DNA of 64,000 nt. It comes from Eledone cirrhosa (Eukaryota). The stretch is taken from NCBI GenBank assembly GCA_964016885.1, contig OZ024740.1, positions 154,504,001 to 154,568,000 on the forward strand, in the 5' to 3' direction. The notes below the pieces were generated by a model, which was not told the DNA's origin, did no database searches, and saw nothing but the letters and a program-made list of their open reading frames with translations. Of this stretch, positions 48,955-62,928 are shown piece by piece. Each line of letters begins with the position of its first letter. The first letter of the stretch is position 1. Both the position numbers and the translations under genes were made by a program.

Positions 48955-50295
48955 ATGGCTGAGCCACACCCCACCTCCCAAGGATATGTCTGCTGTCGTG
49001 CGACAACGACGTACAAGTTGAGAGGAGCGCTACAGCTATGAAACACGCTATGAAACACGCTATGACTCCTTGCAAAACCAGCAAGGTCATAATATACCCC
49101 TCCCACATGAGAAAAAGAACGGCCCGTCTCCGCATTCCCAGAATCCCACCAGGACTTGACATGTGGTGGCTTCTGTGATGTGTGATTGTGGAAGGGACGG
49201 ATACCGTCCCTATAGAAGTGACCAGAACGGCCAGAGAGGACTGGTCCGGGGTTGACCTGGAGATCCTTCTCCAGATCAGGCCCGAGAATGTGAAGACAAT
49301 TCCGGACCACATCCGCCTTCAGAATGGGACGGTCATTCACATTATGACCGAAGGCAAAAGACCGCAGTGTTTTGTTTGTGGGGGAAAAACCCATTTGCGA
49401 GCCTTCTGCCCTCAACTGCTGAAAGAGGCAAGGGGTCGAAAGGCTCCACTGCTGCCGACGCCGGGGCGAGGACCACAACCAACACCAGCACCGGCAAAAC
49501 CACCAACAACAACACCAATAGAAACACCACCACCAACATTGACCACCCAGAGGGGAAACGAGGAAAACTGTCAAATTCACCCCCACCCCCCACCCCAAAT
49601 ACACACACCAATAAAACCATAAACATACATACAGACACACTTACAGACACAGACCCCTCATCTACCAATAGTGAAGATGAGGGAAAACCAAAATCCCCCA
49701 AAATACAAAAAAGAAAAAAAAAACTCAACAAAGCACAAAATCACCCACAATAAAAACCGCAGACACCACCCACGCAAACATCTCTCCAATAACACCAATA
49801 TCAACACCACCATCACCATCACCATAATCCCCCAAACGCAAACAACCTAAACAGACGCAAGAACAAATATACACACAAACATCTGAAACCACAGACACCG
49901 CACTCACAACAAACACAGACACAACCGAAACAACACCACCAAAACCATCACCACCACAACCACGCAAACAAATAAAATCACACCAACAAAACATACAAAA
50001 CTTCGTGCTCGTCAGGAGGGCCAACAAGGAACTGATGGCCCTCGTAGCACGAAGTGAAAATATACAAAAAGAGGGGGAAATGTTTAAATCGAGCACATTT
50101 CGCGTGCCGGAAGATTTGATTCTGGTGCGAATGTCACTCGATTTATACAAAGAAATACGAGACAGCTTTCCTTGGGACGTGGGAACCCCTAACGTAAAAC
50201 CCACTTCAGGACTTTTAAAGGGGTTCCCAAAAGAAACCACACCAACTATGGAGGTCGAACAACCCGACCTTCACAAGAGCCCGGAAGGTAAGTAA
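48955..50295 (+). pseudogene. LINE ORF1 (gag-like CCHC knuckle, Pro/Thr-rich C-terminal half), frameshifted
   Basis: ATG at 48955; EGKRPQCFVCGGKTHLRAFCP is CX2CX4HX4C; split across frames. Confidence 0.8.
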
Positions 50296-50327
50296 ACCTT
50301 TCCTCTCTCTCTTTTTAACCTGCCAAC

Positions 50328-53300
50328 ATGGCAGTATTAAGATGTTTAAATGTTCGAGGCCTGGGATCGTCCTGGAAGCAGGGTCATCTGCTCAACGACC
50401 TCAGGTCTCTAGAAATGGATGTAATTGCCGTCAGCGAGACCAGGATTTCCGACACGCGCGCACTAGCCCCCATTTTCGACGACTATCAGATCTTTGCATC
50501 TGTTAGCCGACCGGGAATGGGAGGCGGGGTTGCAGTGCTGTTTAGAAAAGGCCTGGATCTCGAGGTAAGGTCGATCTTCCGGGACCCGGACGGGAAGTTG
50601 GTGGTCCTGGACGTGAACAATAATGAAGGTGGTGCCTTTAGACTAGTGGCCGTCTATGCTCCTACTGGGACAGGACGGCCGGACTTCTTTAGACGCCTGG
50701 AAGCCTTTCTGGGTACGTCTCGCCCTCTACTGTTATCTACTGGCATCTTAGACGCACGCTGGAACTGTGTGGGAGTATCCGATAGGAGCGAGGGGTGCAA
50801 AAGCCTCAAGAACCTGATCAACCAGTTCCAACTGTCTGACAGGTACCGACTAGATTTCCCTAACGCGCCAGTGTGGACCTAGACTAACCGCATAGGGTCA
50901 TCTAGATCGTATATAGACAGGATATTCATTAGGAAAATAGACAGAAATAGTGTAAGCTGTCCACCTTTTGAAACAGTCGCCTATTCAGATCACAAGTTTG
51001 TGATCTGTATGGTCGACCTAGATAAGACGCGTAGGTTAGGACCTGGTTACTGGAAGCTAAACATGTCATTTCCGGCACGTAAGGTTTACAGGGACCAGGT
51101 CAACAATTTAGTTAAGAAAAGGTTGACAGGGGAGTCGTCAACAATAGATGGTGGGGGGCTCTCAAAAGAGAGATTAGAGTAATGTCGATAGAGTTTAGCA
51201 AAGAAGTAGCGTTAGAGAAAAATAGAAAGGAGGGGGAGTTGGTAGATAAGTTAGACGAAGCTATTGGTAGTGGCATTGCTACTGACGCGCTAGCGGCGAG
51301 AATGGCATTAGCCCATTTCTTCAATGCGAAACACGAAGGTTGCATTGTCAGAGCTAAGGCGCGTGCTCTGAGAAAGGAGGGAACCAAAGCTGTTCGATGG
51401 GCCCGCGTGGAAGAGGCGCAGCGTGGTAATAAAACCACGATTCGGTCTTTGACGGACCGAGACGGACACGAGCTGAGCGATTCCAAGAGGATGTGTGAGG
51501 CCTTTCGCCAACATTTTGCTTGGTTGTTCGGGGAAAGTGGCGGGTCAGAGATGCTGGCGGACTTCAGTCCCTACCTCGATGGCATGCCGCAACTCTCGAC
51601 GGCTGACGATGGGCGCTGCGAAAGGCCAATTACTTCAGCCGAGATTCAGGATGCCCTTGTCGGCTGCATGAGGCGCAAGTCACCCGGTTTGGATGGTCTG
51701 CCCTACGAGCTTTACGTAAATATGCCAGACTTGTTCTCCAATCTCCTCGAAGCCCTCTACTGCAACTGGTAGCAAAACGGGAGTATTCCCAGTTCTGTGA
51801 GCCGGGGCGTAGTGACGCTGAGAAGGAAAGACGAGAACAAGAGGGACACGTTAGACAATTTCAGGCCCGTAACTCTGCTCAACACAGAGTTTAAGATTTT
51901 GGCCAGGGTGTTAGTGAAGAGGTTGGCGCTTGTCGTCGGGGATTTGGTTGGGGAGGCGCAAACTTTCGCAATCCCAACCAGGTCCATACACGACAACCTC
52001 CACCTAATGCGATACATCATAGAGAGGGTAGGTTGTAAACCTGGCTTCGGTGGGGCTCTGATCAATTTAGATCAATCGAACGCATTCGATAGAGTCGACC
52101 ATCGGTACCTGGAGGTTGTCATCAAGGCGGCTTGCTTCGGCCTCGTATTCAGAAGCTGGATCGCTGCAATGCACAGCGGCACCTGATCGATGGTCAAAAT
52201 TAATGGCCACCTCTCGGAACCGTTTCAGGTCTCCCGATCGGTCCGTCAAGGGGCCCCTCTCTCCTCCCTTCTCGATCCTTTACTGCTGAAGCTGGAGCTG
52301 TTGCAGGGCATCCCGCTCAAACCGGGACGCGGAAAAGCTATGTCGGCTTATGCGGACGACATCACCGTGATGGTGTCGGACACCTCAGAAATCGAGGGGG
52401 TCGGCAACTTATTGGAGGAATATGAAAGGTTGACGGGAGAAAAACTTAACCCGGAAAAGTCGGTGGGATTGCAACTTGGCACCTCGAGAGGCAAGTCCAT
52501 GCCGTCCAACAGCGTCGTTAGGCGCTGGACGGACGGACCGGTAAAGTTGCTAGGGGTTTGGTTCGGGCCAGACCTCCAGGTGGATAAGAATTGGGACGAG
52601 GTGACGGGCAGGGTAGCCAGTCTCACCCAGAAATGGGCTGGGATGAAGCTATCACTGAAAGGTCGGGCGGAGGTGGCGAACGCGTACATCGCGTCCGTCA
52701 TCTACTACCGTCTGACCGTCGTCCCTTGCCCCCGTTCGCGCCTCGCCATCTTGGAGCGGCTCCTCTTCAAATTCTTGTGGAGGGGTCAGGTTCCGCTGGT
52801 GAGTCTGTCCAACTGCTGCCAGCACCCTCTACGTGGAGGGCTGGGCATGCTGTGGCTAATGATGCGCAGGCACGTGCTGAGGCTGCGGCAACTCCAGATA
52901 TTCTGCCTAAACGGTGAACAGGTGTGGTCGCCGTTTGTCAGACGGGCCTTTCCGTAGCTCGTCTCTTTGACTGAGCTGCAGTCCTGGGTCAAGAAGAGAC
53001 CGAGACTGGGTGACTGGCATCTGGAATGTTGCCAGGCACTCACTGCCCTCTGCCAGGCGGGCAATACGGTCAGTGGAACTTCCACTCTCGAGTTCTATAG
53101 AGGATTAGTGGTGGGGAAGTGCGACGACGCACTCGGAGAGGCTCTGGGAGTCAACGAAGTCGAACTAACCAGTCTGTACTGGAGGACTTTCGAGCCGGGG
53201 ACGATGGATAATTTCCAAAAATCCCTCGCTTGGCAGTGCTACCGGGGGGGGCACTGCCGGTTCGAGATAAACTCTACAGGGACGGAAGTGCTGTCAGACG

Positions 53301-53703
53301 GACCTGCCCGAAATGCGCGCATAGCGACGAAACCGTTCTGCACGCTCTCGTCCAGTGTCCGTGCATTACTGACTTGTGGAGTTATGTTGAACAGTTGTTG
53401 TCGCGTGTAGAACGGATCCGGCTATCGGCCACGTCCATAATGAAGATCGACCCGCCGCCTTCTTTTGGCCAGGAAGGGCAGGCAATTTTCCTCTGCCTGG
53501 TGGCAGTAGCGAAAGAGGTTATATGGTGGGCGAGGTTGAAAGGACTGAAGACAGACACTTTTCTCTTCGGCCAATCCCTCATCAACTTTTTCAAGTTTCA
53601 CTTGGAAAGGAAGGTGAGGGTGGAGAGATAAGTGCTGCTCCCCAGTACATTTGCTGAAAGGTGGGTGAATGTGGCGAGAATGGCCCGTGTGAGTGGGCTG
53701 TAG
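50328..53703 (+). pseudogene. LINE ORF2: APE endonuclease, reverse transcriptase and C-terminal CCHC zinc finger, with stops and frameshifts
   Basis: CLNVRGL, SET, VYAP, YIDRI, SDH, KSPGLDG, NFRPVTLLN, LDQSNAFDRV, VRQGAPLS, YADD, CPKC..ETVLHALVQC; in-frame stops at ~50880, 51770, 52184, 52955 and 53629. Confidence 0.93.
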
Positions 53704-53988
53704 GTCATGCGGCTGTAGGTAGGTAAATTTGAGGGGGAGAGGGGTGCCCTTCCAAGGTGCTCTCGAAGCGTCGGGTCGTTCAGGATTGGTGGGGTACCTG
53801 AGTGAACCCTGGGTGGTCATCCCCCCTATTGGGGAATTTTTTCTTGTAATTTTATTGTTACCTTGTTATTGTTATTCATATTGTTTACTCGATTTTTCTG
53901 TAAAACCCCACTGTCCCAGTCTTTTGTATTATCCCCTATATGTTGGCCCTTGTGGCCAATAAATGAAATCATTATTATTATTATTATT

Positions 53989-54360
53989 TTGTTACTCATT
54001 TGCGACGGACATGTTCATATCGACTCTAGATGGTTGGTTATTTTGAGCTGTTTTAAAGTGGAATTTATTGAATATTTTTGTAACGAACTGTATATAAGGT
54101 GCCATTCATCGCTCTGTGCAAAGGCAACCCCATAATATTTGGGCCTCTGCCCAAATATTTGAACTTTATTTTCTAAAACAATTTTTTTATCAAAATTATG
54201 GACGGAATATCTTTGAACCAGCTGTCACGTGACAGCGGCTCAAACATTAAGAAAAATGACACCTCCACCACCACAATTATGGAAACTACCACCACTTTAG
54301 GCAGTATCGTCAACAACAACACAACAACAGTAGCAGCACTAACAGCAAAATCAAAATAAA
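53989..54360 (+). mobile_element. 5' UTR and ORF1 start of a further diverged L1/Tx1-like element
   Basis: Shares CGGAC, TATAAG, the hairpin AATATTTGGGC-N4-GCCCAAATATTTGAACTTT and GCTGTC..G.GAC with 48749-49005. Confidence 0.7.
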
Positions 54361-54904
54361 TAAATTGCTAAATATCTTTGCCGCGCCGCAGCGTTGTGGA
54401 AATATCTAAAGCGGTAAAGGGGATCGTATGGTGTTATTACCTGACTCCCTAGTACTCCGGTTTCTAAAGCCATAAATTTCAACTTTATGCGAAGGAATCT
54501 TTTATATCCTTGGAAGGTGACAAAGATTTGCTTCCTTTGAAGGAGAGTATCAAGCCCGAAATATACAAAATCCTTGCACCATGTAATTATGTAAAATAAT
54601 ATAACAAAAATAAGACAACACTGAAATTATAATTAATAGTAAAAAAAAAATCGAAGCTTATCTCAAGACTAGAGCTTTATCAGGCCAGTGTTTATTCCGG
54701 TTTCATTCACATTAAGCGACTGAGTGTACAAGGCTCCACCTCCATCCCACAAACCGGACGCCAGTTAAACACAAGGTAAACCACCAGCTGCTGTGGTAGT
54801 TATTTCATTTTCTTTCTGCTAAAAACACAAAGCCCTGCCTAGTCCAGGAATCGAACGAAAAATCTTATTATCGTGAACCCAGTACACTAGCCACGTGCAT
54901 TCAC

Positions 54905-55293
54905 CAATAATGATTTCTAGTATAGATACAAGGCCACTAATTTGATGGGAGGGGAAAGTCGATTAAATCGGCCCCAGTACGTTACTGGTTCTTTATTTTA
55001 TCGACCCCGTAAGGATCAAAGGCAAAGTTAACCTCGGTGGGAATTGAACGCAGACTTTAAAGGACCGTAACTCTATGCTGCAAAGCATGGTAGGCGACTC
55101 TACCGATACTGCCAATCCACCACCCTGCCAATAATTGTTTCTACTTTTGGCACAAGGCCAGCAATTATCCCAGTTTATTACTGGTACTTTATCTTATCGA
55201 CCCCGTAAGGATGAAAAGCAACGTTAACCTCGGCGGGATTTGAACTCAGACCATAAGAGGCCGTAACTCTATGCTGCAAAGCATGGCGTCCGA
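54905..55293 (-). mobile_element. Two tandem dominant-family SINEs
   Basis: Core and tail motifs on the minus strand. Confidence 0.85.
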
Positions 55294-55783
55294 CAAAGCA
55301 ACAGTTAAAAGAGAATTCTGCACAAAAACCTAGATATGACAAAAAATCGCAGAGAAGGAACAACATTTTAAACGAATGGAAATAGGAACATAAACGAAAC
55401 TTTTACAAATTACTGTCCCCCACCTCCTAACACCTCTACTAAAAAGAAAAACGATCACATAACCATCATAATTAAATTATAAGAAGAAACCCCTGATTGC
55501 TAAAGCAACTTTCTTTTGAATTTTTGTGAAACAAAGTAAAGAATTTTGCAGGTGTTCCATTTGGTTCCGATCGGGGTTACCATATGGGCGCGCCCGCACA
55601 CACAGACACACTCATATATATATATAGAGAGAGAGAGAGGACAAATATGAACATGTATTTACATATTCATATATACACACTCTTCCATATATAAAAACAA
55701 AATCCGTGTCTAAAAGAAAAAGACAGAGTTAGAAAAATCGAGAAAATGACAAATAAAGGGAGGAATGAAGAGAAAAGAAAAAT

Positions 55784-56146
55784 AAAGGGAGAAACATATG
55801 GGTCAGAGTCTATGGGAAGGAAGAATTTAAATGGAGAAAGATAGGGGTCAGAGACTATGGGAAGGAAGAATTTAAAAGGAGAAAGATAGGGGTCAGAGAC
55901 TATGAGAAGGAAGAATTTAAAGGGAGAAAGATATGGGTCAGAGACTATGGGAAGGAAGAATTTAAAGGGAGACAGATATGGGTCAGAGTCTACGGGAAGG
56001 AAGAATTTAAAGGGAGAAAGATAGGGGTCAGAGACTTTGGGTGGGAAGAATTTAAAGGGAGAAAGATAGAGGTCAGAGACTGTGGGTAGGAAGAATTTAA
56101 AGGGAGAAAGATAGGGGTCAGAGACTGTGGGTAGGAAGAATTTAAA
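55784..56146. repeat. 45-bp minisatellite, 8 copies
   Basis: GGTCAGAG starts at 55801, 55846, 55891, 55936, 55981, 56026, 56071 and 56116. Confidence 0.95.
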
Positions 56147-57006
56147 AAATATTCCTTAAAAAGAGAAAATGTTGGTGTATATGTGAAGATTAGGATTGTT
56201 AAAGAATGTCCTTTATTTGATAGTGAAAGTAATGTTAAAGGAATGTCTCTTCCACTGAATTCCCAATCTCAATTACCTTGTTGTAATCAACGTGTAGGGT
56301 TACAATCGTGTTTGTTTTTATGTCTTACCCCGTAACTCTTGATGGGTCGTAGAGGCACCGTATTGGCATAGTGCCTTTTAGGCATTTTAAAGCCTTGCGG
56401 AGCCCAACCCTCTCCAAGCCTAATCTGGTTTATTAACCAAAAATTAACATTTTGGGGGTTTGTTTGTTCTTTTTTTTTTTTTAGAGGGAGGGCAATTAAC
56501 TAGCAAATTGGTATCGAAACGGTTTTAAGCAAACAACGTTCTTTGAAAGGAAAGGTAGAATTATGGAATAAAACAGTTTTGTTCTAATCTAGAATTGAAT
56601 ATTTAAAAAAATGTTAATGCGTATAAATGCACCAAATAACATTTGTTTAGTTCTAATCTCAGATTGAACATACACGTACAAAAAACAAACAAAAACAAAA
56701 ATAACAGCAAAAACACACAAAAATAAAGTAACACCGAAATATTTAGTGTCGAATGAAGCACTAAATAACATTTAAAATGAAATTAACATGGAATAACTGA
56801 TAAGAATGAAACCATTAACTTTTATTGAATCGAAATAGTTGTATTGTATTTGTGGACTAAATAAAATATAGCGTGAAAACGTGGATTCTTTAGATTTGCA
56901 ATCCATAGCTATGTACTCGCTTACAGAAGTAAATACATACATACATACATACATACATACATACATACATACATACATACATACATACATACATACATAC
57001 ATACAT

Positions 57007-57582
57007 GATGAAAGCTGCCCCCTCGTTATCGAGTATGGCCATTGCACGATATAAAATTATTAATAGTTATCAATTAATTGTTTCTACTTTTGGCACAAGG
57101 CCAGCATTTACCCAGCGCATTACTGGTACTTTATTTTATCGACCCCGTAAGGATGAAAGGCAAAGTTAACCTCGGTGGCATTTGAACTCAGAATAGTTAT
57201 CAATTAATGCTATCGTGCAATGCCTGTGCGTGGAGATATTTTTTAAAGTGAGGAAAGACTGTGCACTGAGCCAATCCCACTCTCTGAACGACAGTAGCTG
57301 TAAACTGAAAAGAAGAAAAGATCAACATCATCGGTAACTACTGAGCCGCAGGTCTTATATCGGAGTTATCCCAGTTTCCTAAGTTGCCTTCTCCTCGAAG
57401 AATGCCGTGACTGGCTAGGCGTCTTTCACTCCCAGTGATTTAACCGCGCAAACGGGTATCTAGCCCGATTATTTCTATGTCCCCGCGCATATACATACAT
57501 ATGCATACACATATATACATACATGTATATATGTACACATGAAAATACACATTTTTGGATGGCCGTTGACTCTTATGAGTTC
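57007..57582 (-). mobile_element. Dispersed repeat (homologue of 37390-37878) carrying a nested truncated SINE at 57079-57191
   Basis: 17-bp TSD AATAGTTATCAATTAAT at 57062-57078 and 57192-57208. Confidence 0.8.
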
Positions 57583-57627
57583 ATGCATACATACATATAT
57601 ACATACATTCATACATACATACATACA

Positions 57628-57711
<84 letters not shown>

Positions 57712-57745
57712 CATATGTATGTGCGTGTGTGTGTATATATATATA

Positions 57746-58885
57746 CTAGCAGTGTATCCCGGCGCTGCACGGGTAAGAACATTGGTAATAGCACCTCTAA
57801 TGAGAAACGTTTATTTGTGAGAGGCTGTTAAAAACTCACGAAAATATACCGACAGGAAACTTGTTTTATTTGGAGAAAATTAAGAAGTTGAAAGTACAGT
57901 TTAGCTCTCTACGTGCATTGTTCATAGAAATATTGTTGAGTCCCTTCTTTTCATACTCCTCTGTTTTGGAGTAAATGTGAAAGAGTTACAGGTTAAGTTG
58001 GCAGAAGGTTCCAGTGTCATAGCAGTAAGGCGTAGGCTACTTACCTCAAAAGTTCATTCGCCTTCTTTCCACTAAGTTACTCTTTCTCTCTATCCCTCTC
58101 GGTGCTGTCCTTTGCGAATTTCTCGCGTAGGCCTGGTGTAGATTTGCACCCGATCCATCTGCCCGATGCACATGTCCGCTTTGTACGGCTTTTGGAGGAA
58201 GGAGTGAACAGCAGTACGTTGTTCGATATTATTACGAAAAGGTGTAGCAGAGAATCCCGAATTAACTAGCTCGGGAGGAAACTGCTTACCTCGAAGATTC
58301 ATTCGCCATCGTTTTTGTCAACGCTCCGTTTAGTTGGTATTTGTTGGTCTACAGTTAGATGAATGGCGCACAAAGGGTTAATGTTTATTGGCAACAAGTG
58401 GTAACTGGGCTGGCTTGCTTCGCTTATATTATATATTAAAATAACAGATTAAAGTTTAAGCAAAGAATCGGTGCTTTGACCCTTAACGGGATCTTCTGAA
58501 ACTAAAAAAATCAATCTGTGAACGCAGAAGTAAATATTTCGAAAAACGTTGCAGCCGAAGGAAAACAGGAAGACTATACTTTGGTTCGTGAAGATCCCTG
58601 GCAATGAATAGCGAACATAATACGTCATCAATGTTTGTCATAATGTCGTAATGCAGACAGCCAGACATACAGACAGATATTATAAGGGCGCGACGGAGAT
58701 CGATAACCAGCGCCTAACACCTCTTTAACAACAGAAAATTGAAAAATAAAAGCTGCAGTTAATGTCTTTAGACCGCAAGGAATATATAAATGCAAGTTTG
58801 AAGTCAATCGGAGTAGAAATGTGGATTGGTATAGACTTTGCAAAAATGAGGACACACACAGAGACAACTACAGTTTTATATATAT
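57746..58885 (-). mobile_element. Non-autonomous Helitron
   Basis: Minus-strand 3' end CCCGTGCAGCGCCGGG-ATACACTG-CTAG|T; 5' end TATATAAAACTGTAGTTGTCT resembles the 41584 terminus. Confidence 0.75.
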
Positions 58886-59039
58886 GTATATATATATATA
58901 TATATATATTATATATTATATAAATATATATAAACATGCGTCTACATGTGAGTACACATATCTAAGGAGCTTCTGATTCCAGAGTCAGGAACGAAAATTA
59001 TTCGATCGTTCCTCGAGCTGATCGGCTGTGAAACATATG

Positions 59040-59062
59040 TAACCCTAACCCTAACCCTAACC
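59040..59062. repeat. Short (TAACCC)n telomere-type repeat
   Basis: TAACCCTAACCCTAACCCTAACC. Confidence 0.6.
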
Positions 59063-60894
59063 TCGGCACGATTTGAACGCAAAATGTAAATGAACGTAAA
59101 TAAATACTACAACACACACATACTCTTATGCATACAATGCTTGTAAACAGATGTTTTATTTTATTTTATTTTATTTTATTTTATTTTATTTTATTTTAAA
59201 TAGGAGCCCTGGTGATAATTGAACCACGAAACACTTACGGATAAGATTTGATGTGAAAATGTATAAAATATTTAACAAAGTTTAACTTTGACATAAAGAA
59301 CGCTTATTTTAGTATAAATGTATATATTGACTCGTAAAGTCTTGAACACATTAAACCTTGGGGAGTCCATCCACTCACCAGGTCGGATGTATCCAGAGAA
59401 GGAGGGGTGGAAGTGAGAAAGTGATAGAGAGGAAGGATCATCTTCGGTACTGGGCTGATAATTTTTAATCACCCACGAAACGATGAAAAGCCAAGTTAAC
59501 TTCGATGGATTTGAACTCAGAGATTAGAGACTACAGAGAGCTGGAATGGATACCACAAACAATTATATCCGACATTCTAATAACTCTACCAATTTGCTGA
59601 ATTATTTTGAGGGGGTGACTATCATTAGAAAAAAGGCCTGATGGTCAGAAAATCAAATATGACTCAGCGGTATTAGTATTTAAATTCTTTGCATCTATAG
59701 AATTCTCTGATTGACACAATCACTGGTGTTCCTCCAACACTTGATTGCGGCTGTAATTTATTGAAAGCTATTAGGATGAAAATCTACCATGGGGGAATTT
59801 GAACTGGACATTTAAAGAGACATAATTAAATAAAGAATAAAAAAATTCTAGATTGGCACAACGATAGACAGTTGGTAGGTGTTGGTGGGGGCGGTTGTCG
59901 ATTAAATCGACTCCAATACTAAATGTATTCTACCTATGTTGCCGTTCCACCACCCTATCGTTTTTATGGCTTAGTCAGAAAAGAAATGACAGTATCAATG
60001 ATGGCCCTTTTACGGGCCTACAAGAGGGTATGGAAGGAGGAAGATAGGAAGTTATCCTTAGATTGGTTTAAAGGAATCCGTAGGCCAGCTGGTGTTGTTT
60101 AACCGGGTGACAGTTTGAAGTCTGCCCACCCTTTCAAAAAACGCCGTTATGTATAAACAAACAGGAACAATGCTGTGAACATTTATAAAAGTGTTATTGT
60201 GAAAGGGGATATTGTCAGACGTTATATTATGGTATAACTATAATTACATCGTGACATCAAAGGAGATGTGAGTTCAACTCTCACCAAACTCTCATTTTTA
60301 ATTTGCTTTGTATTGTATATCTGTTGAAAGAAAAAGTAAGTAAAAAACATGACCTGTTGAAAAAGAATGCAAACAACATATTTCTTTAAGAGTCTATTTT
60401 CTTATTTCACACACACACACACAAACACACATAATATATATATATATATATATATATACATACACACATACATACATACCTATATACATACATATGTATA
60501 TGTAGTGTGTCTATGTGTGTGAGTATATATGTATATATGTAACAAATCTGCAAGCAATTGAAAAGTGATAGCTGTAACAATACCTCCACCATACCACCCA
60601 CACCCACACCACCATCAACAACATTCACACTACAACCTACCTCCACCCGAACTACCACCCCTATAAAACCTCAAGGAATGACTTAGTCGTAACTAAACAC
60701 TAAACAAATGAAAATACACAAAGAATTTTTTTGAAAAATTTAAAGATTGTTTTGAGTTCTGGTGTAGACAAGGATATATGTAAGACGTGTAAAAGATCGT
60801 AGGTAGATGGTGGTGTGGTGGTGTGGCGGTGTAGTGGTGTGGTGGTATGGCGGTGGTGATAAATAGTGTAGATGTTTAGAAAAAAATATATATA

Positions 60895-60930
<36 letters not shown>

Positions 60931-61066
60931 TAACAGATTAAATTTATTATTATTACTATATATTATTACTATATATTATTATTACTATATATATATATAT
61001 ATATATATATCACACACCCCCAGCACCATCGTCACTCCTCCACCCAAAGAAATAAACTAAAAACAT

Positions 61067-61116
<50 letters not shown>

Positions 61117-62244
61117 ATGTTTTTAGTTTATTTCTTTATACTTTTGCGGTGGTGGGTGGTGGGTGGAGGAGTGGCGATGGTGCTGGGGGGGGGGGGGATA
61201 GTGGAGCTGATGGTGTTGTAAGGGCACGCACGATATTGGCGGTGGTGGTGGTGGTGGTTCTGGTGGAGATTAAGGGCGGCAAGTTTCTCGTGGTGGTGGT
61301 GGTGGTGGTGGTGGTTGTTGAGTCTGTAGTAGATGAGATGAGACAATGAGGGGGGTATATGGATGTGATGTGCGTGGGTGAGGGTAGATAGGAGTATGAA
61401 AAAGGTTTAAAAGATGGCACAATGGGGGTGGAACACACACGCGTACACATACACACACACATACACACACATACACACATACATAAACACACAGTGGTAG
61501 ACATGCACCCAAGGCTATACAGACATAAGTAACACATACACATGAAACCAGTGCTAATCATACCACAAAGCGCAGCCTGCCACCGCTACCACTACTATCA
61601 CTACATCAATCACTCCACTCGCATTACCACCACCACCACTGCCGCCGCCACAATTTCCCTGTTTAACTAGTAATATCACCATCACCAGATACACTAACAG
61701 CGGTTTCAACACGTAAAGACACAAGCACCATTACCATCAACGTACTCCCCCCTCCTCCCCCCCCCCCCCACACCTCAACCATTATCTCTCGCAACAATAC
61801 TACCACCACTAACACCAACATAATAAAATACTCTTAAATATTCTTTCTCCCTGATACTGCAATGTTTCATTGTACAACGACATTGTCAGATAACAAGGAT
61901 ATATATTGATGAACGATTCCAACCGTGACTAACCCCACTGAAAAGTTTCGTGAAATAGTCTTTTTAAGACTATATAGAGAATTTGTAGATTTTTCCAAAT
62001 TGAAGGATAAGTATTAACCCTTAATTGTATTCTGAGTTAAGACTCTATTGGTTTTTTCCCTGGATTTCACAAAATCTGTGGATAAAATTTCTGTCTTGAC
62101 TTTTTTTGAATTGAGATTGAATTATTTTCCCACATCTTACGTTAAATATTTTCCATCTTGACGTAATAGTAACTTAGATATTATGAAATACTGTTGGCTT
62201 CTTGCTCACATTAATTTCTCTATTTTCATTTATATATTTATATA

Positions 62245-62298
<54 letters not shown>

Positions 62299-62299
<1 letters not shown>

Positions 62300-62563
62300 A
62301 ATTGTTTCTACTTTTGCCAGCAATTATTCCAGTACATTACTGGTACTTTATTTTATCAACCCCGTAAGGATGAAAGGCAAAGTTAACCTCGGCGGGATTT
62401 CCACTCAGACCATAAAGGGCCGTAACTCTTTGCTGCAAAGCATGGAGTCCGACTCTCTACCGATACTGCCATATATAATTGTTTCTACTATTGGCACAAG
62501 GCCAGCAATTATCTCAGTGCATTACTGGTACTTTATTTTATCGACCCGTAAGGATGAAAGGCA
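62299..62563 (-). mobile_element. Dominant-family SINE plus adjacent truncated copy
   Basis: Core and tail motifs. Confidence 0.85.
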
Positions 62564-62649
62564 TATATAATGTCTGGTAAACACCATACGTCAAAGCTGC
62601 TGGTTAGCTTAGTCTCTCTCTCACTCTTTCTTTCTCTCTCTCTGTATAA

Positions 62650-62682
<33 letters not shown>

Positions 62683-62734
62683 CATGTGTGTTCGCACGCG
62701 TGTTGTACCCTCACTTCTTCCTGTCTTCCTGACG

Positions 62735-62928
62735 TTATCACATTTGATGAAAGGCAAAGTTAACCTCGACGGGATTTGAACTCAGTTACGTCTCTTTACG
62801 GTCTGAGTTCAAATTCCGTCGAGGTTAACTTTGCCTTTCATCCTTACGGGGTCGATAAAATTAAGTACCAGTAATGTACTGGGTAATTGATGGCCTTGTG
62901 CCAAAAGTAGGAACAATTATCACATTTG
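62735..62928 (+). mobile_element. SINE insertion with inverted 5' duplication and 12-bp TSD
   Basis: TTATCACATTTG at 62735-62746 and 62917-62928; 40-bp inverted arms 62746-62785 and 62803-62842. Confidence 0.85.

Larger units (their letters stand above)
48749..53988 (+). mobile_element. Full-length but inactivated L1/Tx1-like non-LTR retrotransposon
   Basis: 5' UTR, ORF1, ORF2, 3' UTR, AATAAA at 53958 and (ATT)6 tail. Confidence 0.93.

Noticed and set aside
59040-59062. Chromosome-end or fusion signature
   Set aside because: Under four telomeric units next to a SINE remnant; too short to support this.
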